This document shows positions 7,971 to 16,990 of a DNA stretch of 64,000 nt, piece after piece. The notes below the pieces were generated by a model, which was given only the letters and a program-made list of their open reading frames with translations, was not told where the DNA came from and did no database searches. Every line of letters starts with the position of its first letter. Position 1 is the first letter of the stretch. Source of the DNA: an uncultured Actinomycetes bacterium (GTDB taxonomy: Bacteria > Actinomycetota > Thermoleophilia > UBA2241); assembly GCA_963845355.1 (NCBI GenBank), contig CAWJRV010000041.1:9235-73234 (forward strand), in the 5' to 3' direction. A program made the position numbers and the translations under genes.

Positions 7971-8639
7971 CTAGATGAGGCGGCGGCGCACCGCCATCGT
8001 GGCCGCCTCGGTGCGGCTCGAGGCGCCGAGCTTGGCGATGACGCTGCTGACGTGCGTCTTTACCGTCGACCTGCTGATCACGAGCCGGTCGGCGATCTCG
8101 GCATTGGACAGCCCGTCGGCGACCAGCGCCAGCACCTGACGTTCGCGCCGCGTCAGGTCGTCGGCGGGATCCTGCGGCTTGGCGACCGCACGGATCAGGG
8201 CTTCGGCGGCTTCGGGAGCCAGCGTTGAGCGGCCCGCGTGGGCCGCCCTGATGGCTTCGGCAAGCTGTTCGCCGGTGGTGTTCTTGAGGAGATAGCCGAT
8301 CGCCCCGGCGCGCAGGGCGTCGTCAATCAGTTGTTCGTCGGAGAAGCTCGTCAGAGCGAGGACTCTCGTCTGCGGCCTCTCGCGCAGGATCTGTTCGGTC
8401 GCCGCGACACCGGTCATGCCGGGCATGACGAGATCCATGAGGACGACGTCGGGCCGGGTCTGCCGGCAGAGCGCGACGGCCGCCGCCCCGCCGTCGGCTT
8501 GCGCGACGAGCTCGAGATCGCCGAAGAGCTGCAGGATGCTCTCGAGCCCGCTGCGCACGAGGGCGTGGTCGTCGGCGATCAGCACCCTGATGGTCGCGGA
8601 CGCCGCTGCAGACCCGCTCTCGTCGTTCACTGGACTCAC
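7971..8639 (-). CDS. LuxR/NarL-family two-component response regulator
   Basis: Receiver domain (IRVLIADDHALVRSGL, DVVLMDLVMPGMTG) plus a C-terminal LuxR HTH (LTRRERQVLALVADGLSNAEIADRLVISRSTVKTH). A GTG start near 8639/8645 is chosen because the track ORF start at 8900 would overlap the kinase gene. Confidence 0.9.
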   Translation of the reverse strand: MSPVNDESGSAAASATIRVLIADDHALVRSGLESILQLFGDLELVAQADGGAAAVALCRQTRPDVVLMDLVMPGMTGVAATEQILRERPQTRVLALTSFSDEQLIDDALRAGAIGYLLKNTTGEQLAEAIRAAHAGRSTLAPEAAEALIRAVAKPQDPADDLTRRERQVLALVADGLSNAEIADRLVISRSTVKTHVSSVIAKLGASSRTEAATMAVRRRLI

Positions 8640-8721
8640 TTCCACCGCCTCACACTCTGACCCATCTTCGACGCGCTGGCCGTTTGTTGCAAATTGCAAC
8701 AAACGGCCAGCGGCCACCACC

Positions 8722-10281
8722 TCACCGCCGCCCGGCCGACCACGTCGTCGTGATCGCGGCTCCCCGACCGATCGCGGTGTCGATCCGCAGGTCGGCGCCC
8801 ACCGCCTCCGCGCGTTCGCGCATGATCCGTAGACCGAGCTGTTCGGGCCCCGCGCTCGAGGGATCGAACCCGCAGCCATCGTCGCGCACCACAAGCTCAA
8901 TGACGTCGTCCGAGCTTGTCAGCGTCACCCACGCCTGACCGGCTTCGGCGTGACGCACCATGTTGTTCAGTGCCTCCTGGGCGATCCGATAGAAGGCGAT
9001 CGTGACGTTGGGGGGCAGCGGCCGAGGATCGCCGACACGGAGCTCGATCGAAGCCCGCGTTCGCGCCTGAGTCGCCTGCACGGCGTGGTCGAGAAGGTCG
9101 CCGAGCGGCGCCTGCGCAAGGGCGCCGGGGCGCATCTCCAGCAGCAGGGTACGCATCTCGGCGAGGGCGCCACGGGTGAGTCGTCGCACGTCGCGCAGAT
9201 TCTCGCGCGCCTGCGTCGGATCGGATTCCGGGGCTCGCAGGAGCGCCTCGGCCTTGAGGCTGGCGGCGAACAGCGACTGCGTCACGGAGTCGTGAAGCTC
9301 ACGGGCGAGCCGGGACCGCTCGGCCGCCACGGCGCTGCGCTCCACCTGCTCCCGCAGCCGGGCATTCTCGATGGCGAGCGCCGCCTGGTCGCCGAACGAC
9401 GATGCCAGGCCGATGTCGTCGTCGCCGAAGCGCCGCGGGCTGCGGTAGGAGAGAGCGATCACTCCCCACACGTCGTCGCGTACGACCAGCGGCACGAACA
9501 GGCAGGCCCCGTGCTGCGGCTGCCCAAGCGTCCCGCCCTCGAGCCCCTGATCGCCGGTTCTCGCGTCGGCGAACGTGGCGGCGGCAAGATCGGGGACGGC
9601 CGCTGCCCGGCGCGTCGCGACCGCCACGCCGATGCGGTCGTCACCCAAAGGCAGACGAGGGGAGCAGACGCCGTCGGGCGAGCCGGCTTCCGCCTCCAGG
9701 CTCAGGCAGCCCGCCGCGGCGTCGAGCCGAAAAAGCCTGCCACCGTCGCTGCCCAGCAGTTGCTGCGCCTGCGTGACGATCTCGAGCAGCAACTCGGAAA
9801 GCGGGCGGTCCGAGTCGAGCACCGACACCTCCTGAAGGCGCTGGAGCTGGTCGGCGAGGGCGTGCAGGCGCGCCGTCGTCGACCGTTCGCGCTCGTAGAG
9901 CTGGTCGAACCGCTGGTACAGGTATCCCAGACCGATCAACCCGGCGCCGGCCAGCGCGCCGAACACGACGAGCGCGACGTTCTGGCTGTTGGCACGGCCC
10001 TGAAGGACCATCGTGAACACGGTCAGTCCCAGGCAGAGGACACCGATGATAACGACGGCGCGCTCCTCGCCGAGCGCAAAGGCGGCCAGCAGGAGGGGCA
10101 GCAGGTAGAGGCCGGCGATCGCATAGCCTGGAATGAGGAGATCGAGGGCAAAGGCGACGGCGACGCCGGCGACGGTCACGACGATCACGAGGTCGCGGCG
10201 CCCCCGCAACCAGACCACGCTCCTTTGCACGCGCGAGAAGCGGCGTCCTGCGAACTTTGCGTCCGACCCCGACCAAGCCAT
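8722..10281 (-). CDS. sensor histidine kinase with TM region, GAF domain and HisKA_3/HATPase core
   Basis: N-terminal TM helices, a GAF-like segment (FVPLVVRDDVWGVIALSY), the H-box ERSRLARELHDSVTQSL and an ATPase region (ALNNMVRHAEAG, VVRDDGCGFD). ATG 10281 is preferred over 10362, which would overlap the divergent crp-like gene. Confidence 0.85.
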   Translation of the reverse strand: MAWSGSDAKFAGRRFSRVQRSVVWLRGRRDLVIVVTVAGVAVAFALDLLIPGYAIAGLYLLPLLLAAFALGEERAVVIIGVLCLGLTVFTMVLQGRANSQNVALVVFGALAGAGLIGLGYLYQRFDQLYERERSTTARLHALADQLQRLQEVSVLDSDRPLSELLLEIVTQAQQLLGSDGGRLFRLDAAAGCLSLEAEAGSPDGVCSPRLPLGDDRIGVAVATRRAAAVPDLAAATFADARTGDQGLEGGTLGQPQHGACLFVPLVVRDDVWGVIALSYRSPRRFGDDDIGLASSFGDQAALAIENARLREQVERSAVAAERSRLARELHDSVTQSLFAASLKAEALLRAPESDPTQARENLRDVRRLTRGALAEMRTLLLEMRPGALAQAPLGDLLDHAVQATQARTRASIELRVGDPRPLPPNVTIAFYRIAQEALNNMVRHAEAGQAWVTLTSSDDVIELVVRDDGCGFDPSSAGPEQLGLRIMRERAEAVGADLRIDTAIGRGAAITTTWSAGRR

Positions 10282-10321
10282 GAGGTGGGGACACCTCCGT
10301 CGGCCCGCACCCTGAAGCATG

Positions 10322-10335
10322 TCGACTGACGTCAA
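10322..10335. promoter_or_regulatory. Crp/Fnr-type operator half-matched palindrome TCGAC-N4-GTCAA upstream of the crp-family gene
   Basis: TCGACTGACGTCAA differs by one base from the perfect TTGAC-N4-GTCAA site at 11201-11214. It lies in the divergent kinase/crp intergenic region. Confidence 0.4.
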
Positions 10336-10397
10336 GGCGGACGGGCCTGTTGGCCCTGCCACCTCATCATAATCCCACCGGGCATATACTCGGCGAC

Positions 10398-11066
10398 GTG
10401 ATCACGGACGACCTCAGACGAGCGCCGCTGTTTGCCGGCCTGACCGACGAGCAGCTCGACAAGCTCGGCGCCATCGCCGCTCCCGTGACGCTGCCTCCCG
10501 GCAGCACCGTCTTCGTGCAGGGCGACCCGGCCGACGCCTTCTACCTGCTGGCCGCGGGCGCCGTGAAGGTCACCAAGGAGTTTCGCGACGGTCGCAGCGC
10601 CACCATCCGCCACGTGCGCGCGGGCGAGGCCTTCGGCGAATCTGTGCTGTTCAACGACACCTACCCGGCGAGCACCGAGACCATGGAGCCTGCGGCCAGC
10701 CTGCTCTACCGCTTCGACACCGGCGAGTTTCGCCGGCTCATGCTGGCCGAGCCCGAACTGGCGCTGTGCCTCATCGCCGCCATGGCCCACCTGCTCGTCA
10801 TGTTGAACCAGCGCGTCGAGGAGCTCCTGCTGCCGGTGCCGGCGCGCCTCTCGCGCTACCTTCTCGATCTGTGCAGCGAGCAGGGCAGTCCGACGCTCTG
10901 CCGCCTGCCGGTCACCAAGCATGAGCTGGCAGCACGCCTGGGCACCGTCCCCGAGACCCTCAGTCGCACGCTCAACCGGTTCGTCGCCGGCGGGCTGGTC
11001 GTGGTGCGCGGCAACAGCTTCGAGCTGCTCAATCCTGCGGCGCTGGAGCGACTCGCGCAACAATAG
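10398..11066 (+). CDS. Crp/Fnr family transcriptional regulator (candidate regulator of the adjacent ferredoxin-cooS unit)
   Basis: cNMP-binding-like beta-roll (APLFAGLTDEQL, VFVQGDPADAFYLLAAGAVKV, AGEAFGE) and a C-terminal HTH (TKHELAARLGTVPETLSRTLNRF). GTG 10398 lies 7 nt after a TATACT -10-like hexamer, suggesting a leaderless start. The alternative is TTG 10350. Confidence 0.85.
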   Translation: MITDDLRRAPLFAGLTDEQLDKLGAIAAPVTLPPGSTVFVQGDPADAFYLLAAGAVKVTKEFRDGRSATIRHVRAGEAFGESVLFNDTYPASTETMEPAASLLYRFDTGEFRRLMLAEPELALCLIAAMAHLLVMLNQRVEELLLPVPARLSRYLLDLCSEQGSPTLCRLPVTKHELAARLGTVPETLSRTLNRFVAGGLVVVRGNSFELLNPAALERLAQQ

Positions 11067-11199
11067 GGCGGGGGCGAACCGACCCGACGCCCACGTCGGC
11101 CGAATCCCGGCCCGGCCTGTCGTCACCGGCTTCTCGTGCGGCTGTTCGACGGAGACGCAATGGCCGCCAGGCCCTTCTGTCGTTCCGCGTACGGCCCCA

Positions 11200-11243
11200 C
11201 TTGACCCAAGTCAAGGGAACGCTGCCCCCGTTGCGGGTACGGT
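11200..11243 (+). promoter_or_regulatory. class II-type Crp/Fnr-dependent promoter: palindrome CTTGACCCAAGTCAAG plus -10-like TACGGT
   Basis: Perfect 16-bp palindrome at 11200-11215 (TTGAC-N4-GTCAA core). TACGGT at 11238-11243 places the site centre about 42 nt upstream of the predicted transcription start. It sits upstream of ferredoxin-cooS and just downstream of the crp-family gene. Confidence 0.5.
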
Positions 11244-11334
11244 GGGTCTGGCGCAGGGACTCCCTGCTCCGACCGTCAAGCCTCGACGTAGCCCGCCGGC
11301 CGGCGGGCTCCTCAGCACGAAAGCGAGCCGCACC

Positions 11335-11724
11335 ATGACCGTAGTGACGCGCAGCATCGTCCACATCGACGAGGAGAAGTGCACGGGCTGCGGCCTGTGC
11401 GTCATGCCTTGCGCCGAGGGCGCCATAGAGATCGTCGACGGCAAGGCCAGGGTCGTCAAAGAAGAGCTCTGCGACGGCGCCGGTTTTTGCCTGGCGGTCT
11501 GCCCCGAGGGCGCCCTGACCGTCGAGCAGCGCGAAGCCCCGGCGTTCGACGAAGACGCCGCTGCAGAGAAGATGGCCGCCAAGCTCGCCGCCGGCGCGAT
11601 CATGACCCAGACCTGCTTCAGCTGCGGCGCCAACGAGATGGACCGCCCGCTGCTGCCGGTGCGCACCAGAGGCGAGAGCACCTGGGTCTGCGTCAAGTGT
11701 CTGCCCGGCCTGATCCACGGATGA
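11335..11724 (+). CDS. 2x[4Fe-4S] ferredoxin-domain protein with C-terminal CxxC...CxxC zinc-ribbon-like extension
   Basis: ATG 11335 within track ORF 10921..11724, giving 129 aa. Contains CTGCGLCVMPC and CDGAGFCLAVCP cluster motifs, then CFSC-x22-CVKC. Its stop overlaps the region just before cooS. Confidence 0.8.
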   Translation: MTVVTRSIVHIDEEKCTGCGLCVMPCAEGAIEIVDGKARVVKEELCDGAGFCLAVCPEGALTVEQREAPAFDEDAAAEKMAAKLAAGAIMTQTCFSCGANEMDRPLLPVRTRGESTWVCVKCLPGLIHG

Positions 11725-11738
11725 CAACGAGGAGGACC

Positions 11739-13622
11739 ATGGAGACCACAGGAACACGCGACAGCCTTCACGGCTCGGTGAACACCATGCTGGAGCGCGC
11801 CCGCGCCGCCGGCGAAGACACCGTCTTCGACCGCATGCAGGCGCAGGGCGAGAAGCGCTGCCAGTTCTGCGAGGGCGGCATTCGCTGCTCGATCTGCTCG
11901 CAGGGCCCCTGCCGCATCACGAGCAAGGCGCCGCGCGGCGTCTGCGGTATCGACGCCGACGGCATGGCCATGCGCGGCTTTCTGCTGCAGAACACCATGG
12001 GCACCGCCGCCTACACCTACCACGCCGGCGAGGTCATGAAGACCCTCGCTCAAGCCAGGCCCGGCGGCACCTACGAGATCAAGGATCAGAGCAAGCTCGA
12101 GCTGCTGGCCCGCGCCGCGGGTGTCGAGCTCGAGCCCAAGGGCACGCTGCCCAAGCGCGTGGCCGACACCATCTGGGCCGAATTCAACCGCGACCATCAC
12201 GAGGAATCGCCGCTGGTCGCCGCCTTCGCGCCGGCGCCGCGGGTCGACGCTTGGCGCAAGCTCGGCGTCATGCCCGGCGGCGTGCTCCACGAAAACAACC
12301 GTGCCACCACGAGCTGCATGACCAACATCGACGGCGACTACGTCTCGCTGGCCGTCAAAGCCCTGCGCCTGGGCATCGCCACCGCCTACGGCGTCCAGGT
12401 GCCGCTCGAGCTCGCCCAGGACGCCCTGTTCGGCACGCCCACGCCGCACGCCATCAAGGTCGACCTCGGCATCCTCGACGCCGGTTACGTGAACATCGTG
12501 GTCAACGGCCACGAGCCCATGATCGGCGCCGCGCTGATCGCCGCCGCTCATGCGGAGGCAGTCCAGGCCAAGGCCCGCGCCGCCGGCGCCAAGGGCCTGC
12601 ACATCGTGGGCAGCATCGAGACCGGTCAGGAGCTCGTTCAGCGCTTCCCCGTCGACGACGTCTTCGTCGGGCTCACCGGCAACTGGCTGAACCAGGAGAT
12701 GGCGATCGCCACCGGCGCCGTCGACGTCTTTGCCGCCGACATGAACTGCACCGTACCGACCCTTGCCTCGACCTGCGCCGCCCACGGCGCGCTGCTCATT
12801 CCGGTGAGCGACCTGATGGGTATCCCGGGCGCCGAGCCGGCCATCGTGTTCGACGCGGCCAAGGCCGGCGAACAGGCCCAGGAGCTCATCGCCAAGGCGA
12901 TCGACAACTACCCGCAACGCGCCGCGCGCGGCAACGGCAAGCCCGCGCTGCGCACCGGCGACGCCGTCGCCGGATTTTCGACCGAGAGTATCCTCGCGGC
13001 GCTCGGCGGCTCGCTCGACCCGCTGCTCGACGTGATCAAGGCAGGCACGCTGCGCGGCGTCGCCGGCCTCGTTAGCTGCACCACGCTGCGCGACTCGGGC
13101 CAGGACAGCAATACCGTGGCCGTCGCCAAGGAGCTCATCAAGAACGACGTCCTGGTGCTCTCGATGGGCTGCGGCAACGCGGCCTGCCAGGTCGCCGGCC
13201 TGCAGGCGCTCGAGGCCAAGGAGCTCGCCGGTCCCGGCCTGAAGGCCGTCTGCGAGCTGCTCGGCATCCCGCCGGTGCTCAGCTTCGGCACCTGCACCGA
13301 CACCGGCCGCATCATGCTGCTGGTCGGCGCCATCGCCGACGCCCTGGGCGTCGACGTACCGGCGTTGCCCGTCGTGGCAACGGCGCCCGAGTACATGGAG
13401 CAGAAGGCCACGATCGACGCCGTCGCGGCGCTGGCCTTCGGCATGTACGTGCACGTCAACCCGGTGCCCTTCGTGACCGGCGCCCCGCGCCTGGTCAAGC
13501 TGCTGACCGAGGACCTGCCCGGCGTGACCGGCGGCAAGCTCGCCGTCGAGACCGACCCGGTCGAGGCCGTCGGCGCGATGCTGGCGCACATCGAGGCGAA
13601 GAGGACGGCGCTCGGGATCTAG
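11739..13622 (+). CDS. cooS: anaerobic Ni-Fe carbon monoxide dehydrogenase catalytic subunit
   Basis: 627 aa from ATG 11739, preceded by GAGGAGGA. The N-terminal cluster region CQFCEGGIRCSICSQGPCRI, GVCGIDADGM, MGCGNAAC and FGTCTDTGR are typical of CooS/HCP-family CODH. Confidence 0.93.
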   Translation: METTGTRDSLHGSVNTMLERARAAGEDTVFDRMQAQGEKRCQFCEGGIRCSICSQGPCRITSKAPRGVCGIDADGMAMRGFLLQNTMGTAAYTYHAGEVMKTLAQARPGGTYEIKDQSKLELLARAAGVELEPKGTLPKRVADTIWAEFNRDHHEESPLVAAFAPAPRVDAWRKLGVMPGGVLHENNRATTSCMTNIDGDYVSLAVKALRLGIATAYGVQVPLELAQDALFGTPTPHAIKVDLGILDAGYVNIVVNGHEPMIGAALIAAAHAEAVQAKARAAGAKGLHIVGSIETGQELVQRFPVDDVFVGLTGNWLNQEMAIATGAVDVFAADMNCTVPTLASTCAAHGALLIPVSDLMGIPGAEPAIVFDAAKAGEQAQELIAKAIDNYPQRAARGNGKPALRTGDAVAGFSTESILAALGGSLDPLLDVIKAGTLRGVAGLVSCTTLRDSGQDSNTVAVAKELIKNDVLVLSMGCGNAACQVAGLQALEAKELAGPGLKAVCELLGIPPVLSFGTCTDTGRIMLLVGAIADALGVDVPALPVVATAPEYMEQKATIDAVAALAFGMYVHVNPVPFVTGAPRLVKLLTEDLPGVTGGKLAVETDPVEAVGAMLAHIEAKRTALGI

Positions 13623-13675
13623 CTACCCGAAGACCATCCCCAAAGCCAGGCCGCCGCAGGCAAGCGGGCGGCGTC

Positions 13676-13728
13676 GGGCTGGGGGGTGCGGGCATGCGCC
13701 CGCACCCCCCAGCCCTCTTTGCGTCTTT
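13676..13728 (+). terminator. rho-independent terminator after cooS
   Basis: 18-bp GC stem (13676-13693 pairing with 13698-13715), a 4-nt loop ATGC, then TCTTTGCGTCTTT. Confidence 0.7.
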
Positions 13729-13854
13729 GATGACGACGGCCGAGTCTCAACGACGGCGCTGGAATCTTGGTCACACCGGCCGAATCGCAGCGTCTGCGGC
13801 CGCGCCTCTGAGACAATGGCGGCCCCGGAAAGTGACGCTCTCCCGGCGGCCGTT

Positions 13855-13993
13855 GACCGGCCCACGGCGCGGTCGAAGATGCTGCGATCGCGCCGCTACA
13901 GCAAGCGGACCGAGCAGGCGTACTGCCTCTGGGTGCGGCGCTTCATCTGCCTTCACAGCCTGCGCCACCCGGCTGAGATGGCCGAACTCGAGC
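13855..13993 (+). pseudogene. N-terminal remnant of an integron-integrase/XerD-like tyrosine recombinase (SAM-like domain only)
   Basis: Track ORF 13816..14202 encodes LRSRRYSKRTEQAYCLWVRRFICLHSLRHPAEMAELE. This matches the conserved R-HYS-RTEQAY-W-rF-fH-rHP-EM N-terminal block of IntI-type integrases. No catalytic domain follows in any frame. Confidence 0.5.
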
Positions 13994-14113
13994 GGGCGCG
14001 ATGGATTCACCGGCGCGACCTACCTCCCCGCCACTACTCGCAAAGGCGTAGGCTGTTGCCGACTCTACTCAGCAGACAGAATCACTGTTGGGCCGAACGA
14101 AGGAGGCGGCGCT

Positions 14114-14734
14114 ATGTCGTCGCAAGGTCCACAACCACACCTCGGCCCCGACCTCCCGCCCGCGGGTATCGTAGCGGAGGAGGGTCGTGTGATTGTCGGT
14201 AAGCAAGAGACGCCCCCTGTCTGCGAGCGACGTCTTCTTTTGCGCGGCGTCGTCCTCACCGTCGTCGGATGGCTCACCGTGCTGGCGTCCCTCGGCGTGT
14301 TGATGTTGGTGTTCGTCGTCGGACGCCATCGCCTCGACCGCGTCGTTGCGCGGGCCGACCCCGCCGGCCCCTTTGCCCATGTGGCGGTCCTCCTTGGGTT
14401 CATCGCCCTTCTGGTCTTGCTGGTGGCCGTGCCGGTCGGTGCCTCGACGCTGCCGGCCACTCAGCGCTTCCGGCGGATGCGTCTCGGCCGGATCGGCATC
14501 ATCGTGGTCTGGCTTGCATGGCTTCTGCTGTCGCTGGCGGGCTGGGCGGGCTCGATTGGACGCCTCTCGCACGCGATGGCCAACGGGGGTTTCGGCACGG
14601 GCCTGCTCCTGGAGTTCCTTCTCGGTGTCTTCGTGGTGGCGGCGGTCGCGGTGCCGCTGCTGGTCAGGGCCACGTTGATCGCCGAACGGAGGGCGGCCAC
14701 ACGCCTAACAAGTGCATCGACCTGCAGCATGTGA
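14114..14734 (+). CDS. hypothetical polytopic membrane protein
   Basis: ATG 14114 after AGGAGG, giving 206 aa with about 5 hydrophobic helices. I recognise no family. Confidence 0.55.
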   Translation: MSSQGPQPHLGPDLPPAGIVAEEGRVIVGKQETPPVCERRLLLRGVVLTVVGWLTVLASLGVLMLVFVVGRHRLDRVVARADPAGPFAHVAVLLGFIALLVLLVAVPVGASTLPATQRFRRMRLGRIGIIVVWLAWLLLSLAGWAGSIGRLSHAMANGGFGTGLLLEFLLGVFVVAAVAVPLLVRATLIAERRAATRLTSASTCSM

Positions 14735-14766
14735 GGCTCGACATTCTGAGGGCAAGGAGGCACCTG

Positions 14767-15252
14767 ATGACCGGGAGCCTGCGGACATCCCTCAGATGGG
14801 CGCTGACGATCAGCGGCGTCCTTGGCCTTCTCTGCTCTGCGTCGATGCTTCTCGTCACCCAGGTGGCGTTCGGCCACAGCACGGCTGCCTTTCACATCCT
14901 GAACAGGCTCCCGTCCTGGATTCAGTGGGGCGCTGCGCCTCCTGCCCCGGTGACCATGCTGATCTTGGGCTCCCTCTGTGCTCTCTTACTGGTCACCGGG
15001 AGATGGCCCATCAGGGCATGCGCGGCTCTGGCAGTCGCCTGGTTCGTCTACGCGCAAGCGGCCTTCGGCCCCGGCAGCAATTGGGCGAAAGAGGCAGAGG
15101 AGGCGTTCGACTACACACCCTTCCACGTCGCTGCACTGGTGAGCGTGACCGTGCTGCTGGCAGTCTCGATCCTCGCACTGGCGATGGCCGCACGCCCGAC
15201 AGGTGTGGTTCAGTCGCCGCTCGTCGACTCGGCTCAGCCGCCACTCCCGTAA
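14767..15252 (+). CDS. hypothetical membrane protein
   Basis: ATG 14767 after AAGGAGG, giving 161 aa with 4 predicted TM helices. I recognise no family. Confidence 0.55.
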   Translation: MTGSLRTSLRWALTISGVLGLLCSASMLLVTQVAFGHSTAAFHILNRLPSWIQWGAAPPAPVTMLILGSLCALLLVTGRWPIRACAALAVAWFVYAQAAFGPGSNWAKEAEEAFDYTPFHVAALVSVTVLLAVSILALAMAARPTGVVQSPLVDSAQPPLP

Positions 15253-15425
15253 GGCTCTCGCACTCGTTGCCGGGTCGTCGCAAGGGTGGAACGTCGAGAA
15301 AGCAACAAGCTGTGCGCGCATCCAGCGGACGCTTCCCAGAGAGGAGTAGTAGACTCCATTCGCGGCCAACGCGCCGCTGAAGCACGAGACGGTGGGCGGC
15401 GACCTCAACATGCGGGGGCGGTAGC

Positions 15426-15833
15426 GTGAGCACGAGCGATGAGCTTGAAGACGCGAAGTATGTCACCGTCTATTGGGTCATCCTCGCCGTGGGCAGCCTC
15501 GCCCTGCTGCTCGGCGGCCTGATCGCGCTCACCGAGTGGGGAGCACTCGGCCACGGCGGCGTGGCGACGCTGGCGGACTCGGGAACCGCCGGGACCCTGG
15601 CCGTAGTCGTCTGGGCCGCCTCCGTTCTGCTCGCCATCTTCGTCGCCATGGTGCAGGGGCGCTGGGGCTGGGTCATCGCGGCGCTGCTGATGCCGCTTGC
15701 CCAGATCGCCTTCGGCGTCTGCGGCCTCAGCGATGTCCACTACGAGCGCCACCGGCAGGTGGGCCAGTACCTCACCCCGGAAGCGCTGGCGCAGGCCGAA
15801 GCCGAGCACGACGGCGGTCGTCGCGCACCGTGA
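15426..15833 (+). CDS. hypothetical membrane protein
   Basis: 135 aa with a GTG start, 3-4 hydrophobic helices and high third-position GC. I recognise no family. Confidence 0.5.
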   Translation: MSTSDELEDAKYVTVYWVILAVGSLALLLGGLIALTEWGALGHGGVATLADSGTAGTLAVVVWAASVLLAIFVAMVQGRWGWVIAALLMPLAQIAFGVCGLSDVHYERHRQVGQYLTPEALAQAEAEHDGGRRAP

Positions 15834-15870
15834 CCGTGTCCGAGGCGGGCTCGGAAGGGGAGCTGTCGCC

Positions 15871-16344
15871 GTGACGCCGCGCAGGCTCGATGCCACCGAC
15901 CTGATGTCGGTCCAACGCCTGATCTACCTGACGGTCGACTCCAGCTACTCGGGCGTCTATCCACCCCGCGCCGTCCAGTACTTCAAGGAGTTCCACTCCC
16001 TCGAGCGCATCCTCGAGAGACAGGCCGTCGGTGAGGTCCTCGTGGTCGAGCGCGACCGCGTCATGGTCGGCACCGGAGCGATCGTCGGCGCAGAGATCAG
16101 CGGCGTCTTCGTCCACCCGCAGTTCCAGAGGCTTGGTATCGGTGGCCAGGTCATGGACGTACTCGAGGACCATGCGCGGGCGGCTGGACGCAAGTCAGTG
16201 CGCCTTGCCGTCTCTTTACCGTCGCGACCTTTCTACGAGAGCCGCAGCTATCACCTGCTCGAAGAGTGTTCCATAGACGTCGGCGAGGGCGAGCGCCTCG
16301 ACTACTGGACGGCGGAGAAGTCTCTTGCCGACGACGCGTCCTGA
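15871..16344 (+). CDS. GNAT family N-acetyltransferase
   Basis: GTG 15871 within track ORF 15697..16344. Acetyl-CoA binding motif VHPQFQRLGIGGQVMDVLEDHA. Confidence 0.8.
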   Translation: MTPRRLDATDLMSVQRLIYLTVDSSYSGVYPPRAVQYFKEFHSLERILERQAVGEVLVVERDRVMVGTGAIVGAEISGVFVHPQFQRLGIGGQVMDVLEDHARAAGRKSVRLAVSLPSRPFYESRSYHLLEECSIDVGEGERLDYWTAEKSLADDAS

Positions 16345-16441
16345 CAGGCACATCGAGCAGACCGGCTCGAGGGCTATGATGCAGGACATAGGGCAGCCGG
16401 GCGGTAGCTCATGTGCAACACCTTCGGCGGAAGAGGTAGCA

Positions 16442-16990
16442 ATGGCTGCTGATCGTGAGGCTTTGCTGGTCCGTCGTCTAGGCCCCGACGACGCCACGGC
16501 GTTCATGGCCCTTCGGCGTGCCGCTCTGCTGGATGCACCGCTCGCCTTCGCCTCCTCGCCAGAGGACGATGCCGCAGGTTCGCGCGAGTTCGTCGAAAAG
16601 GCGCTGGCCGCCTCGGATCAGGCGACGTTCGGCGCCTTCACCGAAGAGCTCGTCGGTATCGTGGGGATCGGCCGGCAGCGACACCTCAAGGCTTCGCACA
16701 AGTGCGAGATCTGGGGCCTGTACGTCAGGCCGGATGCCCGGTCGGTCGGCGTGGGGCGAGCGCTGGTCCTCGAGGCACTCTCCTTCGCCGGCTCACTCGC
16801 GGGCGTCACGCATGTGTATGTGAGTGCGACTGACCGCGCGCCCGAAGCCGCGTCCCTCTACCGAAGCGTCGGCTTTGTCCCGTGGGGGGTCGAGCCGGCT
16901 GCGCTGAAGGTCGGCGAGGTCCTCGTGTCCGAGAGCCACCTGAGCCGGGCGTTGGGCGGTGACATCGTCTCTGGGCGACACGAGACTTGA
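16442..16990 (+). CDS. GNAT family N-acetyltransferase
   Basis: ATG 16442 within track ORF 16325..16990. Motif VRPDARSVGVGRALVLEALSFA. Confidence 0.8.
   Translation: MAADREALLVRRLGPDDATAFMALRRAALLDAPLAFASSPEDDAAGSREFVEKALAASDQATFGAFTEELVGIVGIGRQRHLKASHKCEIWGLYVRPDARSVGVGRALVLEALSFAGSLAGVTHVYVSATDRAPEAASLYRSVGFVPWGVEPAALKVGEVLVSESHLSRALGGDIVSGRHET

Noticed and set aside
11211-13589. 792-aa minus-strand ORF antisense to cooS. Similar very long antisense or shifted ORFs lie at 40525..42801, 44877..47348, 53784..55799, 47242..48729, 19080..20630, 50971..52287 and 28594..29826.
   Set aside because: Their translations are Arg/Ala/Gly/Pro-rich with no recognisable motifs. Each lies opposite a gene with clear family signatures. 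Stop codons are rare in every frame of roughly 70% GC DNA, so long open frames arise by chance.
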